A stretch of 64,000 bases of DNA from an uncultured Gemmatimonadaceae bacterium. Lineage in GTDB: Bacteria > Gemmatimonadota > Gemmatimonadetes > Gemmatimonadales > Gemmatimonadaceae. The translations under genes were made by a program, and so were the position numbers. Position 1 is the stretch's first letter. Each line of letters begins with the position of its first letter. The stretch is taken from positions 1,216,001 through 1,280,000 of the forward strand of contig OY970320.1 of the NCBI GenBank assembly GCA_963716745.1. Reading direction: 5' to 3'. Below are positions 40,547 through 51,586 of the stretch, piece by piece. The notes beneath the pieces are model-generated. The model was not told the origin of the DNA. It ran no database searches and saw only the letters and a program-made list of their open reading frames with translations.

Positions 40547-41580
40547 GTTCCGAGCGCCGCGATGTCGCGCCGGGCGCGCGCGACCAGCGCTTCGCGTTCC
40601 TGCCACGGAAGGAAGGCGCTCTCGAATCCGTTGATCGCGATCGTCGCGAGCTCGCGCTTGGTGAAGGCGAGCGACGTGGCCGCGTGCGCGTACTCGTCGG
40701 TGAGCGTCACACCGCTCATCATGCGGTTGTCCGTGTTGAGCACCACGTTCATGCCGCGGTCGAAGTATGCGCGCAGCGGATGCGAGGCGTAGTCCGCCGC
40801 GGCGTGCGTCTGCACGTTGCTCGTGAGGCACATCTCGAGCGCGATGCGCCGGTCGTTCACGTAGCGTGCGAGCCGCTCGTCCTCACCGAGACGCGTTCCG
40901 TGTCCGATGCGGTCCGCGAAGCACTCGTGCACGGCCTGTCGCACGGATTCAGCGCCGTCGCCCTCGCCGGCATGCACCGTGACCGCGAGATCGTGACGCC
41001 GCACGTGCGCGAACGCCGCGGCATGTGCCCGTGCGGGATGGTCGCGCTCGCCGCCGGCGAGATCGAACCCCACCACGCCGCTGTCCCGGAACGCCACGGC
41101 GAGTTCGGCCAACTCCATCGACACGCGCGGATCGAGATGGCGCAGGCCGCATATGATGATGCGCCCGATCGTGCCCGTCTCGCGCTCGGCGCGCGCGAGG
41201 CCGCGCAACGGCGCCTCCACGGCCTGGCCGAGCGAGAGTCCCTCGCGCACGCACAGCACTGGCGCGTAGCGGACCTCGATGTAGCGCACGCCGTCGCGCG
41301 CCGCGTCCACCACCAGTTCGTAGGCGATCCGCTCCAGCGCATCGGCGCGCTGCATCACGCTCAGCGTGATCACGAAGCGGTTCAGGTAGTCCTCCAAATC
41401 GCGCGCATCGCGCACCACCATGTGCGCCGCGAGATCCTCCACCGTGTCGCCCGGCATCGGCTGGCCATACTCGCGGCCGAGCTCCAGCAGCGTGGAAGCG
41501 CGGAGCGACCCATCCAGATGGCAGTGGAGTTCGGCCTTCGGCAGCGCGAGCAGCCAGTCGCGGGAGATGGGGCTCGTCAC
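40543..41580 (-). CDS. add: Adenosine deaminase
   Basis: PKAELHCHLDGS, HAGE, RIGHG and NTDN. Confidence 0.95.
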   Translation of the reverse strand: MTSPISRDWLLALPKAELHCHLDGSLRASTLLELGREYGQPMPGDTVEDLAAHMVVRDARDLEDYLNRFVITLSVMQRADALERIAYELVVDAARDGVRYIEVRYAPVLCVREGLSLGQAVEAPLRGLARAERETGTIGRIIICGLRHLDPRVSMELAELAVAFRDSGVVGFDLAGGERDHPARAHAAAFAHVRRHDLAVTVHAGEGDGAESVRQAVHECFADRIGHGTRLGEDERLARYVNDRRIALEMCLTSNVQTHAAADYASHPLRAYFDRGMNVVLNTDNRMMSGVTLTDEYAHAATSLAFTKRELATIAINGFESAFLPWQEREALVARARRDIAALGT

Positions 41581-41583
41581 GCG

Positions 41584-41829
41584 CTACGCCCCGTCCTCGA
41601 AGCCGGCGTCGCGCTCGCGCGCGGTGACCACGCGAACGATCGTTCCGGCCACGACCGTGGCCGCCGGATCGAGGGGCAGGCCGCGGCTGTCGGTGAGGGT
41701 GCGCGCTCCCTGCTCCACTTCGCGCGCGGCCTCGGCATTCCAGGCGCGCACCGCGTCGAGCGCCGGCGCGGCCTCGGGGACCTCCACACGGCCGCCGTTC
41801 ACGAACACCGGGACCATTCTCATCTGCAC
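41584..41829 (-). CDS. Small hypothetical protein, possibly beta-grasp fold
   Basis: VFVNGGRVEVP...TDSRG...GTIVRVV; ends 3 bp before the add start. Confidence 0.6.
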   Translation of the reverse strand: MQMRMVPVFVNGGRVEVPEAAPALDAVRAWNAEAAREVEQGARTLTDSRGLPLDPAATVVAGTIVRVVTARERDAGFEDGA

Positions 41830-42016
41830 AAGCTAGCGGCGCCCCGCGCGGTGAGGGAGGGCGCGCCAGCGGCCGTGCGCCACCGGTTGACCGGGCGCGC
41901 GGGAGGCGCGAATTTCGCTTGCGGCGTGCTCTCTCATGCGCTGATACCAGATCGTGACCGACCGCCGCCCACGCCGCGCTGGCCGCGCGCCAAGTTTCCC
42001 CCTCAGTCACGGGTCG

Positions 42017-42645
42017 ATGAAGCCACTGCTCGTTGGGATCGCCGGCGGCACCGGCTCGGGCAAGAGCACCGTCGCGCGGCGGGTCAGCGAAGCGGTGCGT
42101 GGTGCGTCCGCGATCGCGCTCGACATGGACGCGTATTACCGCAACCTCACGCAGCTCACGCTCGAGCAACGGCGGCACGTCAACTGGGACCATCCGGATG
42201 CGTTCGATTTCGACCTCCTGCTCGCGCACCTCGAGTCGCTGGCGGCGCGGCAGCCGATCGACAAGCCCGTCTATGACTTCGTCTCCCATCTTCGCAGCGA
42301 CCAGCATGTGCGCGTCGAGCCCGCCGACGTCGTCGTCGTCGATGGCATCCTCCTCCTCGCCGATGCGCGCATCCGCGCGCGTTGCGACGTGACGGCCTAT
42401 CGTCGACACCGACGCCGACATCCGTCTCGTGCGCCGCATCCGGCGCGACATGCGCACGCGCGGGCCGGCCGCTCGATGAGATCCTCGAACAGTACCTCAG
42501 CAGCGTGCGGCCGATGCACCTCGAGTTCGTCGAGCCCACGAAGCAGTACGCCGAGGTGATCATCCCGCACGGCGGCCACAACGATCGCGCGGTGGATATG
42601 CTCGTCGCGCGCATCCACGAACGACTTGCCGGAGCCCGCGCATGA
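42017..42645 (+). CDS. udk: Uridine kinase (frameshifts at ~42390-42470)
   Basis: [42 protein letters not shown] in another frame. Confidence 0.9.
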
Positions 42646-43332
42646 CACAAGCCAGCGGCGAGCGCGTGCTCGTCGTGGATGACGAACCGGACATCGTCGC
42701 GCTCGTCGCGTACCATCTCGCGAAGGCCGGCTATCGCGTGAGCACGGCCGCGACCGGCCCCGACGCCCTGCGCGCGGCGCGCGAGGAACGTCCGGCGCTC
42801 GTCGTGCTCGACCTCATGCTGCCCGGCATGTCCGGCTTCGACGTGCTCGAGAAATTGCGCGCGCACGATGCCACCCGCGAGGTGGCGGTGCTCATGCTCA
42901 CCGCGCGCAAGGAAGAACCCGACCGCATCCGCGGGCTCACGCTCGGCGCCGACGATTATCTCACGAAGCCGTTCAGTCCCGCCGAGCTGATCCTGCGCGT
43001 CGGCGCGATCCTGCGCCGCGATCGGCGCCGGCGGCGCGGACACGCTCGCGGTGGGGCCGCTCACGATCGACCGCGCGGCGCACACGGTGAGTGTCGAGGG
43101 GCGGCCGCTCGAACTCACGGCCACCGAATACAAGTTGCTCCTCACGCTCGCGGAGCGGCGCGGCCGCGTCCAAGCGCGCACGCAGTTGCTCCAGACGGTG
43201 TGGGACGCCGCGCCCGACATCCAGACGCGCACCGTGGACATGCACGTCCAGCGCCTGCGCACCAAGCTCGGCGGCGCCGGCGATCTCATCGAGACGGTGC
43301 GCGGCTTCGGCTATCGACTGAAAGGCGCATGA
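42642..43332 (+). CDS. phoB: OmpR/PhoB-family response regulator (frameshift near 43020)
   Basis: [24 protein letters not shown]; winged helix [24 protein letters not shown]; pst context. Confidence 0.85.
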
Positions 43333-45032
43333 GGCTCGGCCAGCGTCTGTTGATCGGCACCGCCGGCGTGATCGGCGTGCTCATTGTCCTCATCGTCGCC
43401 CTGGGCGGCGCGCGGATGTCGAACGAGCTCGAGGCGTGGCAGCGCGATGAGCTCCTGCGCGAAGTGCGTTTCGTGGCGGCGGAATGGAAGGTGGCCTCGG
43501 ACGCGCCGGCACTCGCGCGCGTAGCGGGTCTCGCCCTCGGCCACCGCGTGACGCTCATCGACAGCGCCGGCCGCGTGCTCGGCGATTCAGAGTTCGAGGG
43601 CGACGCGCTCAACACGCTGCAGAATCACGCGGACCGCCCTGAGGTCATCGCGGCGATGCATGGACAAGTAGGAGTGTCGCGCCGCGACAGTCCTTCGATC
43701 GGCGATAAGCGGCTGTACGTCGCCGTCGCGGCGCCCCGAGGGGTGGCGCGCGTGTCGGCTGACGCGGGCGAGCTCGACGCCGCGATCGCGCGAGTGCGTC
43801 GCGATGTGTTCGCCACCGGGATCATCGCACTGCTCGTCGCGCTCGCGCTCGCCGCGCTGTTCGCGCGCGGCGTCGCGCGGCCGATCGTCGAGCTCCGCGA
43901 TGTGACGCAGGCGCTCGCCGCCGGCGATCTCTCGCGCCGCCCCGCGCTCTCCGCGCCCGGCGAAGTCGGCGATCTCGCCGACGCCGTGCACCGCATGGCG
44001 GAGCAGCTGGAGGCTCGGCTCGCCGCGCTGCAGGATGATGACGCCCTCATGGCCGCGATGATCGACCTGCTGCAGGAGGGCGTCGCCGCGGTGAACGCGC
44101 AGCGGCAGGTGATCATTCTCAACGCGCCCGCGCGGCGGCTGCTCAACATCACCGACGCGGTCCCCTTCTCCGCCGACCTGCTCCCGCGCGATCCCGAGCT
44201 GCGCGACGCGCTCGCCGGCGCGCTCGCGGGCCATCCGTCGGATCCGTCGGAGATCTCGCTCGGCGGACGCACGGTGATGCTCACCGCGCGCCCGCTGCGC
44301 GATCGCGGCGGACTGCTCGCGTTCTTCGACCTCACCAACACGCGCCGCCTCGAGGCGGTGCGCCGCGATTTCGTCGCCAATGTTTCGCACGAACTGAAGA
44401 CGCCGATCACGGTGATCGGCGGATTCGCCGAGACGCTCGCCACCGACGATCCGCCGGCGGCGGAGCGGCGCCGGTTCGTCGACGCGATCCTCGGCAACGC
44501 GCGCCGCATGCAGCGCCTCGTGGATGACTTGCTCGATCTCTCGCGCATCGAGTCGGGCGGCTGGGTGCCCAAGCCGGAGCGCAACGACCTGCGCGCGGTG
44601 GCCAGCGAGATCATCGCGGCGTTCGCTGCCGCCGCCGCCGAGCGCGACATCAAGCTCGACATGAGCATCGATCATCGCGCGTTCGAGCTGCGCGCCGACG
44701 CGACGGCGCTGCGCCAGATCTTCAGCAATCTCGTGGACAACGCGATCCGCCACACGCCCGCGGGCGGCCGGATCACGATCTTCTCGCAGCCCGATGGCGC
44801 CGGCATCGCGCTCGGCGTGCGCGACACCGGCATTGGCATCGCGGCCGAGCATTTGCCGCGGATCTTCGAGCGCTTCTATCGCGTGGACGCGGCGCGGTCA
44901 CGCGAGGGCGGAGGCACCGGACTCGGATTGGCGATCGTGAAGCACCTGGTGGAAGCGCATGGTGGCCGCGTGACGGCTGCGAGTTCGGGCGCGAAGGGGG
45001 CGACGGTGAGGGCGTTCTTTCCGGTGAGCTGA
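43329..45032 (+). CDS. phoR: PhoR-like sensor histidine kinase
   Basis: Two TMs, HAMP, FVANVSHELKTP, NLVDNA, RIFERFYRVD and GGTGLGL. Confidence 0.88.
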   Translation: MRLGQRLLIGTAGVIGVLIVLIVALGGARMSNELEAWQRDELLREVRFVAAEWKVASDAPALARVAGLALGHRVTLIDSAGRVLGDSEFEGDALNTLQNHADRPEVIAAMHGQVGVSRRDSPSIGDKRLYVAVAAPRGVARVSADAGELDAAIARVRRDVFATGIIALLVALALAALFARGVARPIVELRDVTQALAAGDLSRRPALSAPGEVGDLADAVHRMAEQLEARLAALQDDDALMAAMIDLLQEGVAAVNAQRQVIILNAPARRLLNITDAVPFSADLLPRDPELRDALAGALAGHPSDPSEISLGGRTVMLTARPLRDRGGLLAFFDLTNTRRLEAVRRDFVANVSHELKTPITVIGGFAETLATDDPPAAERRRFVDAILGNARRMQRLVDDLLDLSRIESGGWVPKPERNDLRAVASEIIAAFAAAAAERDIKLDMSIDHRAFELRADATALRQIFSNLVDNAIRHTPAGGRITIFSQPDGAGIALGVRDTGIGIAAEHLPRIFERFYRVDAARSREGGGTGLGLAIVKHLVEAHGGRVTAASSGAKGATVRAFFPVS

Positions 45033-45043
45033 ACTGCTGCACA

Positions 45044-45083
45044 GTTACTCATACGTGACATCTCCGCGCGGAAGGACGTGACA
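45044..45083 (+). promoter_or_regulatory. Pho-box-like direct repeats
   Basis: GTTAC at 45044 and GTGACA at 45055 (11-bp period); another GTGACA at 45078. Confidence 0.55.
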
Positions 45084-45130
45084 CGCTGTGGAGATACTTC
45101 CGGCACACAATCAAGCGCCGGAGTCAGCAC

Positions 45131-45388
45131 GTGAGTACCGAACTGAAGTACACCCTCGAAGCCCACCGAGACGCCGCCACGCTCTATGTGACAGGCACCC
45201 TTTCCACGCATGGCGTGATCGCGGCGATGCATTGCTGCGAATCGCTCCCCGAACCGGTCCGCAATCTGCGCGTCGACCTGCGCGGCACGCTCGGCGCAGA
45301 GCCGAGCGCCTTCGATGCGCTCGCGTTCACGACACGCCGGTGGCGCGACACGCGCGAAGGCACCACGCGGATCGATCTGCCGCGATAG
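45131..45388 (+). CDS. Small STAS-like protein
   Basis: LYVTGTL ... LRVDLRG pattern; GGAG RBS. Confidence 0.6.
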   Translation: MSTELKYTLEAHRDAATLYVTGTLSTHGVIAAMHCCESLPEPVRNLRVDLRGTLGAEPSAFDALAFTTRRWRDTREGTTRIDLPR

Positions 45389-45437
45389 TCGATCCCTGAC
45401 GCGGTAGAACCGCCCTGGTCCCGAACAACGGTGTCCC

Positions 45438-45454
45438 GTGACACCCCCGTTACC
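45438..45454 (+). promoter_or_regulatory. Pho-box-like repeat upstream of pstS
   Basis: GTGACA-N5-GTTACC. Confidence 0.6.
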
Positions 45455-45522
45455 GTTTGGTCGCTCTTCCTTTACGAGGGAGCGACACCTTCACAGCGCA
45501 TTCCAACCTCAGGGAGTCCACC

Positions 45523-46545
45523 GTGTCGAAGCGATCTCTCGTAATGCTGGCGGCGCTGCTCGCCGCCGGAGCGGCCAGCGCGCAGGATTTGAACGGCGCC
45601 GGGGCCACGTTCCCATATCCGATCTACAGCAAATGGTTCTCGGACTACGCCGCGGCCACGAACATCAAGATCAACTATCAGTCGATCGGCTCGGGCGGCG
45701 GCATTCGCCAGTTCACCGCCGGCACGGTCGATTTCGGCGCGTCGGATGCGCCGATGTCCAACGATGAGATGAGCAAACTGCCCGCGCCGGCGTTCCACTT
45801 CCCCACCGTGCTCGGCGCCGTGGTGATTACGTACAACATTCCGGGCTTCGACGGCTCGCTCAAGCTCACTGGCCCGGTGATCGCCGACATCTTCGCCGGG
45901 AAGATCGCCAAGTGGAACGACACCCGCATCACATCGCTCAACAAGGGCGTGAATCTCCCGTCGGCCGACATCCTTGTGGTGCACCGCTCCGACGGCAGCG
46001 GCACCTCCTACATCTTCACCGACTACCTCTCCACGGTGAGCCCCTCGTGGGCCGCCGCGCCGGGCAAGGGCAAGGAAGTCGCGTGGCCGGTGGGACTCGG
46101 CGGCAAGGGCAATGAGGGCGTCGCCGGTCTCGTGAAGCAGACGCCGGGCTCGATCGGTTATGTCGAGATCGCGTACGCGAACCAGAACAAGATGCCGAGC
46201 GCAGAGCTGCAGAATGCCGACGGCGAGTGGGTGAAGGCGACCATCGAGACCGTCACCGAGGCCGCGTCGGGGGCGGTGGCGAAATTGCCCGAGAATAGCG
46301 ACTATCGTATCTCGATCGTGAACGCGCCGGGCAAGAAGTCGTACCCGATCTCGTCGTTCACATGGCTCCTCGTGTACCAGACGCAGACTGACGCGGCGAA
46401 GGGGAAGAACCTGGTGAACTTCCTCAAGTGGTATCTGCACGACGGACAGAAGTCCACAGCGGCGCTGGACTATGCCCCGCTGCCGTCCTCGCTCGTGAAG
46501 CGGCTCGACAAGCAGGTGGCCGCGATCAAGCTGCCCGCGATGTAG
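45523..46545 (+). CDS. pstS: Phosphate ABC transporter substrate-binding protein
   Basis: GAGATFPYP, GSGGG, DFGASDAP, RSDGSGT and GKGNEGV. Confidence 0.96.
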   Translation: MSKRSLVMLAALLAAGAASAQDLNGAGATFPYPIYSKWFSDYAAATNIKINYQSIGSGGGIRQFTAGTVDFGASDAPMSNDEMSKLPAPAFHFPTVLGAVVITYNIPGFDGSLKLTGPVIADIFAGKIAKWNDTRITSLNKGVNLPSADILVVHRSDGSGTSYIFTDYLSTVSPSWAAAPGKGKEVAWPVGLGGKGNEGVAGLVKQTPGSIGYVEIAYANQNKMPSAELQNADGEWVKATIETVTEAASGAVAKLPENSDYRISIVNAPGKKSYPISSFTWLLVYQTQTDAAKGKNLVNFLKWYLHDGQKSTAALDYAPLPSSLVKRLDKQVAAIKLPAM

Positions 46546-46616
46546 TGCTGCACCGCCGGGCGCCGCGATCGGGATGATCGCGGCGCCCGGTACCACTCAC
46601 CCACTCAGAGAGAGAC

Positions 46617-47837
46617 ATGAACCGCCAACTGTTGAGTTCGCTCACGCTGGTGCTCGCATCGGTCGCGAGCGTCGCCGTTCCGGCCGCGGCGCAGACCTTC
46701 TCGTTCGGCTCCACGCCGCCGGCCGCGGTCGCCGCGAAGGACAGCACCACGCCGAAGCCGGTCGCCAAGGATTCCGTGCCGCCCAAGCCCGAGTTCAAGC
46801 CGAGCTGGAGCTTCAACACCTGGATCTTCGGCACCTATACGTACCAAACAGACAGCGTGACCAAAGCGGCGAACAACGGCGATCCCACCTCCAAATTCAC
46901 CGTCGATCGCGCTTACCTGACCTTCCGCGGGCAGGTCGCTCCTGACTGGGGTTTCCGCGTGACGACCGACGTCTTCACCATCGGCGCCCCGGCCCCCGCG
47001 TATGCCGGATTGGGGATCCGCCTCAAGTACGCATGGATGCAGTGGGACTTCGCGCATGCCGCGGAACCGAACGACCTCTCGGCATTCGGCCGCATTGGCC
47101 AGATCACGACCGTCGTGATCGATGACGAGGAACACTACTGGGCGCGTTGGATCCAGAAGACCGCCGTCGAGTTCTGGGGCATCCAACCGGCCTCGTCGGA
47201 CCTCGGAGTGGGTGCTCAGGTGAACCTGCCCGGCAAGTGGGGTGCGGCGTACGGCGTTCTCGATAACGGCGGCGGCTACACTGTCGCCAACGACGCGGAC
47301 CGCTATAAGGACGCTGCGCTCAGGCTCTCCCTCACGCCGCTGGCCAAGGGCAACTCACTGTTGAAGACCTTCGAGGTCAGCGGCTGGTACCAGGCAGGCC
47401 GCACGCAGGGCCCGGGGATCGCACCGGGTTACAAGCCCGGCCTCGACAACAACGCATACGGCGTGTACGTCGGCAACGCCGATCCGCGTTTCACGTTCGG
47501 ACTCGAGTATGCCGAGCGCCTGACGCAGTCAGTGGTGCCGACCGATTCTTCGATCGCGGACAACACGGCCAAGCTCACCGACGGATTCGTGATCGTCCGG
47601 CCGTTCCTGTTCGCCGATCCGAAGGGCGCGCCGCTCGGCATCATCTTCCGCTACGACAATTACCAGCCGAACACGAACGTCAGCCTGAAGCAGAATCTGC
47701 TCATCGTGACCGTATTCTACGATGTGGCGAAGTCGTCCTCGCTCGGTATCTCGTACCAGGGACAGACGCAGAGCTCGCCCACGAGTGCCGTGGGGCAGAA
47801 GACGATGTACCAGCTGAATTACCAGATCACGTTCTAA
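46617..47837 (+). CDS. Outer-membrane beta-barrel, putative phosphate porin
   Basis: Signal peptide; amphipathic strands; RAYLTF and RLKYAW; C-terminal YQITF; lies inside the pst operon. Confidence 0.7.
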   Translation: MNRQLLSSLTLVLASVASVAVPAAAQTFSFGSTPPAAVAAKDSTTPKPVAKDSVPPKPEFKPSWSFNTWIFGTYTYQTDSVTKAANNGDPTSKFTVDRAYLTFRGQVAPDWGFRVTTDVFTIGAPAPAYAGLGIRLKYAWMQWDFAHAAEPNDLSAFGRIGQITTVVIDDEEHYWARWIQKTAVEFWGIQPASSDLGVGAQVNLPGKWGAAYGVLDNGGGYTVANDADRYKDAALRLSLTPLAKGNSLLKTFEVSGWYQAGRTQGPGIAPGYKPGLDNNAYGVYVGNADPRFTFGLEYAERLTQSVVPTDSSIADNTAKLTDGFVIVRPFLFADPKGAPLGIIFRYDNYQPNTNVSLKQNLLIVTVFYDVAKSSSLGISYQGQTQSSPTSAVGQKTMYQLNYQITF

Positions 47838-47851
47838 GAACTGCAAAGGCG

Positions 47852-47897
47852 CGTGTGGCCGTTGACGTGTAGCTACGACACGTCAACGGCCACACGT
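47852..47897 (+). terminator. Strong stem-loop after the porin gene
   Basis: CGTGTGGCCGTTGACGTGT / ACACGTCAACGGCCACACG. Confidence 0.65.
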
Positions 47898-47954
47898 GTA
47901 TTTGCAGCCGCCGTCCCATACGCCAAGCGCCACACGCGCATTAGCGGGTGCCGT

Positions 47955-47971
47955 GTGACACTCTCGTTACG
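47955..47971 (+). promoter_or_regulatory. Pho-box-like repeat upstream of pstC
   Basis: GTGACA-N5-GTTACG. Confidence 0.6.
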
Positions 47972-48040
47972 GTCGCGGACGCTTATTCGGCACAGTGACG
48001 CCGCATTCTTCGGGTCACTCATGAATCCGCCTCCCCGCGC

Positions 48041-49021
48041 ATGACGCTCGACCGATCGACCGAACCCGGAGCGCCGGCCGAGATCGCCATTCACGGCGTG
48101 TCACGCGGCGATGCGGTGTACCAGGGCGCGATCTCTCTGTTCGCCCTGTCCGTTCCAGCGCTGCTCCTCGCGATCGCGCTCGCCGTCGCCATCGCGGGCT
48201 GGCCCGCCCTGCGCCAATTCGGCCTCTCCTTCCTCACCTCGAGCGCCTGGGATCCGGTGAACGGACAGTTCGGCGCGGCGCCCGCGATCTACGGCACGAT
48301 CGTGTCGTCGATCATCGCGCTGATCGTCGCGACGCCCTTGGCCCTCGGCGTCTCGCTCTTCCTCTCGGAGTTCGCGCCGCTTTGGATGCGGCAGCCGGTG
48401 GCGTTCCTCGTGGATCTCCTCGCCGCGATCCCGAGCGTGGTGTACGGACTCTGGGGGATCTTCGTGCTGCTGCCGTTGCTCCGCGATCCGGTCATGCCCT
48501 TCCTGCGCGATACGCTGCACTTGGGCTCCACCGTGTTCTTCTCGGGGCCGGCGTACGGACCGAGCATGCTGGGCGCGGGATTGATCCTTGCGATAATGGT
48601 GTTGCCTTACATCGCGTCGGTCTCGCGCGAGGTGCTGTACGCTGTGCCGCGCTCTCAGCGCGAGGCGGCCCTGGCGCTCGGCGCCACACGGTGGGAGATG
48701 ATCCGGCACGCGGTGCTCCCCTTCGCGCGCTCCGGCATCTTCGGCGGGATCATCCTGGGCCTGGGCCGCGCGCTCGGCGAGACGATGGCCGTGACCATGC
48801 TCATCGGGAACCGCCACGAGATCTCGGCATCGCTCTTCGCGCCGGGCTACACCATGGCGTCGCTGATCGCGAACGAGTTCAGCGAAGCGACGAGCGACCT
48901 CCATCTCAGTTCGCTGATGGCCGTGGGCTTCGTGCTGCTCATCATGACGCTCATCGTGAATATGCTCGCGCGCTGGCTGCTCTGGTCCGTGACCCGGCGC
49001 GCGACGGGGAAGGCCGCGTGA
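48041..49021 (+). CDS. pstC: Phosphate ABC permease PstC
   Basis: LAAIPSVVYGLWG; EAALALGATRWE; GRALGETMAV. Confidence 0.96.
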   Translation: MTLDRSTEPGAPAEIAIHGVSRGDAVYQGAISLFALSVPALLLAIALAVAIAGWPALRQFGLSFLTSSAWDPVNGQFGAAPAIYGTIVSSIIALIVATPLALGVSLFLSEFAPLWMRQPVAFLVDLLAAIPSVVYGLWGIFVLLPLLRDPVMPFLRDTLHLGSTVFFSGPAYGPSMLGAGLILAIMVLPYIASVSREVLYAVPRSQREAALALGATRWEMIRHAVLPFARSGIFGGIILGLGRALGETMAVTMLIGNRHEISASLFAPGYTMASLIANEFSEATSDLHLSSLMAVGFVLLIMTLIVNMLARWLLWSVTRRATGKAA

Positions 49022-49947
49022 CCGCGCCGTCGGTGGGTGCGATCGTTCCCGGCGCGCCGCGTCCGACGCAGCGCCAGCGCGCGTTCGCGGAGCGCGCCGA
49101 GCGCACCGTTGGCCGGCGGAAATTCACGAACAGCGTGATGCTGACGCTGCTCAGCCTTGCGGCGATCGCAGCCACGCTGCCGCTGCTCTTCATCCTCGGA
49201 CACCTTATCACGAAAGGCGCCCAATCGTTGAGCTGGGACTTCTTCACGAAGATGCCGAAGCCCGTGGGCGAAGCCGGCGGCGGATTGGCGAACGGCATTG
49301 TCGGCACGCTCATCCTCGTGGCGCTTGGCGGGATCGTCGGGTTGCCGCTCGGCATTGGCGCTGGCTTGTACTGCGCCGAGCACAAGACGAGCGCGCTGGC
49401 GAACGTCGTGCGCTTCCTGAGCGATGTACTGAACGGGATGCCATCGATCGTGATGGGCATCTTCGCGTGGGAAGTGCTCGTGCGGCCGGTGCATCACTTC
49501 TCCGCGCTTGCCGGCGGCATTGCGCTCGCGGCGATGATGATCCCGATGGTCGCGCGCACCACCGAAGAGATGGTGCTCACCGTGCCGAACACGCTGCGCG
49601 AAGCGGCGCTCGCACTCGGCTATGCACGCTGGCGCACATCGCTCACGATCGTGCTGCGCACGGCCGGCGCCGGGATCGTCACCGGCGCGCTCGTGGCGAT
49701 CGCGCGCATTGCCGGCGAAACGGCGCCGCTGCTCTTCTCGGCGTTCGGGAACCAGTTCTGGTCCACTTCACTGCGGCAGCCGATCTCGGCGCTGCCGCTC
49801 CAGATCTACACTTACGGGATCAGCCCTTATGATGAATGGCACTCCCTCGCCTGGGCCGGAGCCCTCGTCCTCATCGCTCTCGTCCTCGCCATCAGCCTTG
49901 CTGCCCGTTTCGCGACCCGCGGACATGGCGCCGTCAGCAGCGACTAG
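49018..49947 (+). CDS. pstA: Phosphate ABC permease PstA
   Basis: [27 protein letters not shown]. Confidence 0.95.
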   Translation: MTAPSVGAIVPGAPRPTQRQRAFAERAERTVGRRKFTNSVMLTLLSLAAIAATLPLLFILGHLITKGAQSLSWDFFTKMPKPVGEAGGGLANGIVGTLILVALGGIVGLPLGIGAGLYCAEHKTSALANVVRFLSDVLNGMPSIVMGIFAWEVLVRPVHHFSALAGGIALAAMMIPMVARTTEEMVLTVPNTLREAALALGYARWRTSLTIVLRTAGAGIVTGALVAIARIAGETAPLLFSAFGNQFWSTSLRQPISALPLQIYTYGISPYDEWHSLAWAGALVLIALVLAISLAARFATRGHGAVSSD

Positions 49948-50773
49948 TCCGGGCCGGCGCACCGGGTTCGTCCTCCCGGAGCGGAAGTCCACCGGGATCG
50001 AAGCGCCCGCGCGCGACCGGATCACCGTCTCGAACCTCAATGCGTGGTTCGGGAACGTGCATGCCGTGCGCGGCGTGTCGCTCACCGTGCCCGAGCGGCG
50101 CGTCACCGCGATGATCGGACCGTCGGGATGCGGCAAGTCCACCTTCCTGCGCACGCTCAATCGCATGCACGAGACCGTGAGCGGCGCGCGCGCCACCGGC
50201 AGCGTGCTGCTCGATGGGCGCGACGTGTACGCGAAAGGCGTGAATCCGGTGCAGGTGCGCCGTCACATTGGGATGGTCTTCCAGCGTCCGACGCCGTTCC
50301 CGACCATGACGATCCGCGAGAACGTCGCGGCCGGCCTGCGCGTGCTCGGCGACGACACGCCGGACAAGCAGGCGACCGCCGAGATCGTGGAGAAGGCGCT
50401 CAAGCGCGCCGCGCTGTGGGACGAGGTGAAGGACCGCCTGGGCACGAGCGCGATGGGACTCTCCGGCGGCCAGCAGCAGCGCTTGTGCATCGCGCGCGCG
50501 CTCGCGACGGAGCCGGAGGTGCTGCTCCTCGATGAGCCCACGGCGTCGCTCGATCCGATCAGCACGCAGAGCGTGGAAGAGTTGGTGTGGGAGCTGCGCA
50601 AGGACTTCACCGTCGTGATCGTGACGCACAACATGCAGCAGGCCGCGCGCGTCTCGGACTTCACCGCGTTCTTCTTGCTCGGCGAGCTGGTGGAAACGGG
50701 CGCTACCGAGCAGCTGTTCACGACGCCGAGAGATTCGCGCACCGAGAGCTATCTCACGGGCCGCTTCGGATGA
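49925..50773 (+). CDS. pstB: Phosphate ABC ATPase PstB (copy 1)
   Basis: [27 protein letters not shown] and YLTGRFG. Confidence 0.95.
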   Translation: MAPSAATSPGRRTGFVLPERKSTGIEAPARDRITVSNLNAWFGNVHAVRGVSLTVPERRVTAMIGPSGCGKSTFLRTLNRMHETVSGARATGSVLLDGRDVYAKGVNPVQVRRHIGMVFQRPTPFPTMTIRENVAAGLRVLGDDTPDKQATAEIVEKALKRAALWDEVKDRLGTSAMGLSGGQQQRLCIARALATEPEVLLLDEPTASLDPISTQSVEELVWELRKDFTVVIVTHNMQQAARVSDFTAFFLLGELVETGATEQLFTTPRDSRTESYLTGRFG

Positions 50774-50791
50774 GCGCGGTCCCGTCACTCG

Positions 50792-51586
50792 ATGCAGGAC
50801 ACGGGTGCCGCGCGCCGGCAGCGCGCGGCGGGCCGCGGCGCGATCGCGGCGCGCGCCTATTCGTTCTGGTACGGGAAGAAGCAGGCGCTGCACGATATCG
50901 ATCTCGTGATCAAGCCGCGCTCCGTCACCGCGTTCATCGGACCGTCGGGCTGCGGCAAGTCCACGTTCCTGCGCTCCATGAACCGGCTGCAGGAGCTGAT
51001 CCCCGGCGCGCGGCACACGGGGGCCATCGAGCTCGATGGCGAGGACATTTACGCGCCCGGCTTCGACGCCGTGTCGCTGCGACAGCGCGTGGGTATGGTG
51101 TTCCAGCGCTCGAACCCATTCCCCAAGTCGATCTACGAGAACGTCGCGTTCGGCCCGCAGCTCAACGGCACGCGCGCGCGCGCCGATCTCGATGGTATCG
51201 TGGAGCTCGCGCTGCGCCGCGCCGCGCTCTGGGACGAAGTGAAGGACCGCCTGCGCCAGAATGCGCTCGGCCTCTCCGGCGGACAGCAACAGCGCCTCTG
51301 CATCGCGCGCGCCCTCGCGAACGAGCCCGAGGTGCTGCTGCTCGACGAGCCGGCGAGTGCGCTCGATCCGATCGCCACGCAGAAGGTGGAAGAGTTATTG
51401 TACGAGTTGAAGCGCGAACTCACGATCGTCATCGTGACGCACAATCTGCAGCAGGCCGCGCGGGTATCCGAGGTCACCGCGTTCTTCTACCTGGGGCGCC
51501 TCATCGAGACCGACGAGACGAGCCGCCTCTTCACTAGCCCGCGCGAGCAGCGCACCGAAGCGTACGTCACCGGGAGATTCGGATGA
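50792..51586 (+). CDS. pstB: Phosphate ABC ATPase PstB (copy 2; true start may be 50770)
   Basis: [28 protein letters not shown] and YVTGRFG. Confidence 0.95.
   Translation: MQDTGAARRQRAAGRGAIAARAYSFWYGKKQALHDIDLVIKPRSVTAFIGPSGCGKSTFLRSMNRLQELIPGARHTGAIELDGEDIYAPGFDAVSLRQRVGMVFQRSNPFPKSIYENVAFGPQLNGTRARADLDGIVELALRRAALWDEVKDRLRQNALGLSGGQQQRLCIARALANEPEVLLLDEPASALDPIATQKVEELLYELKRELTIVIVTHNLQQAARVSEVTAFFYLGRLIETDETSRLFTSPREQRTEAYVTGRFG

Noticed and set aside
42642..45032. Apparent 796-aa response regulator-histidine kinase fusion
   Set aside because: A +1 frameshift near 43020 creates it. The DNA-binding domain is in another frame, and the kinase has its own ATG overlapping the regulator stop.
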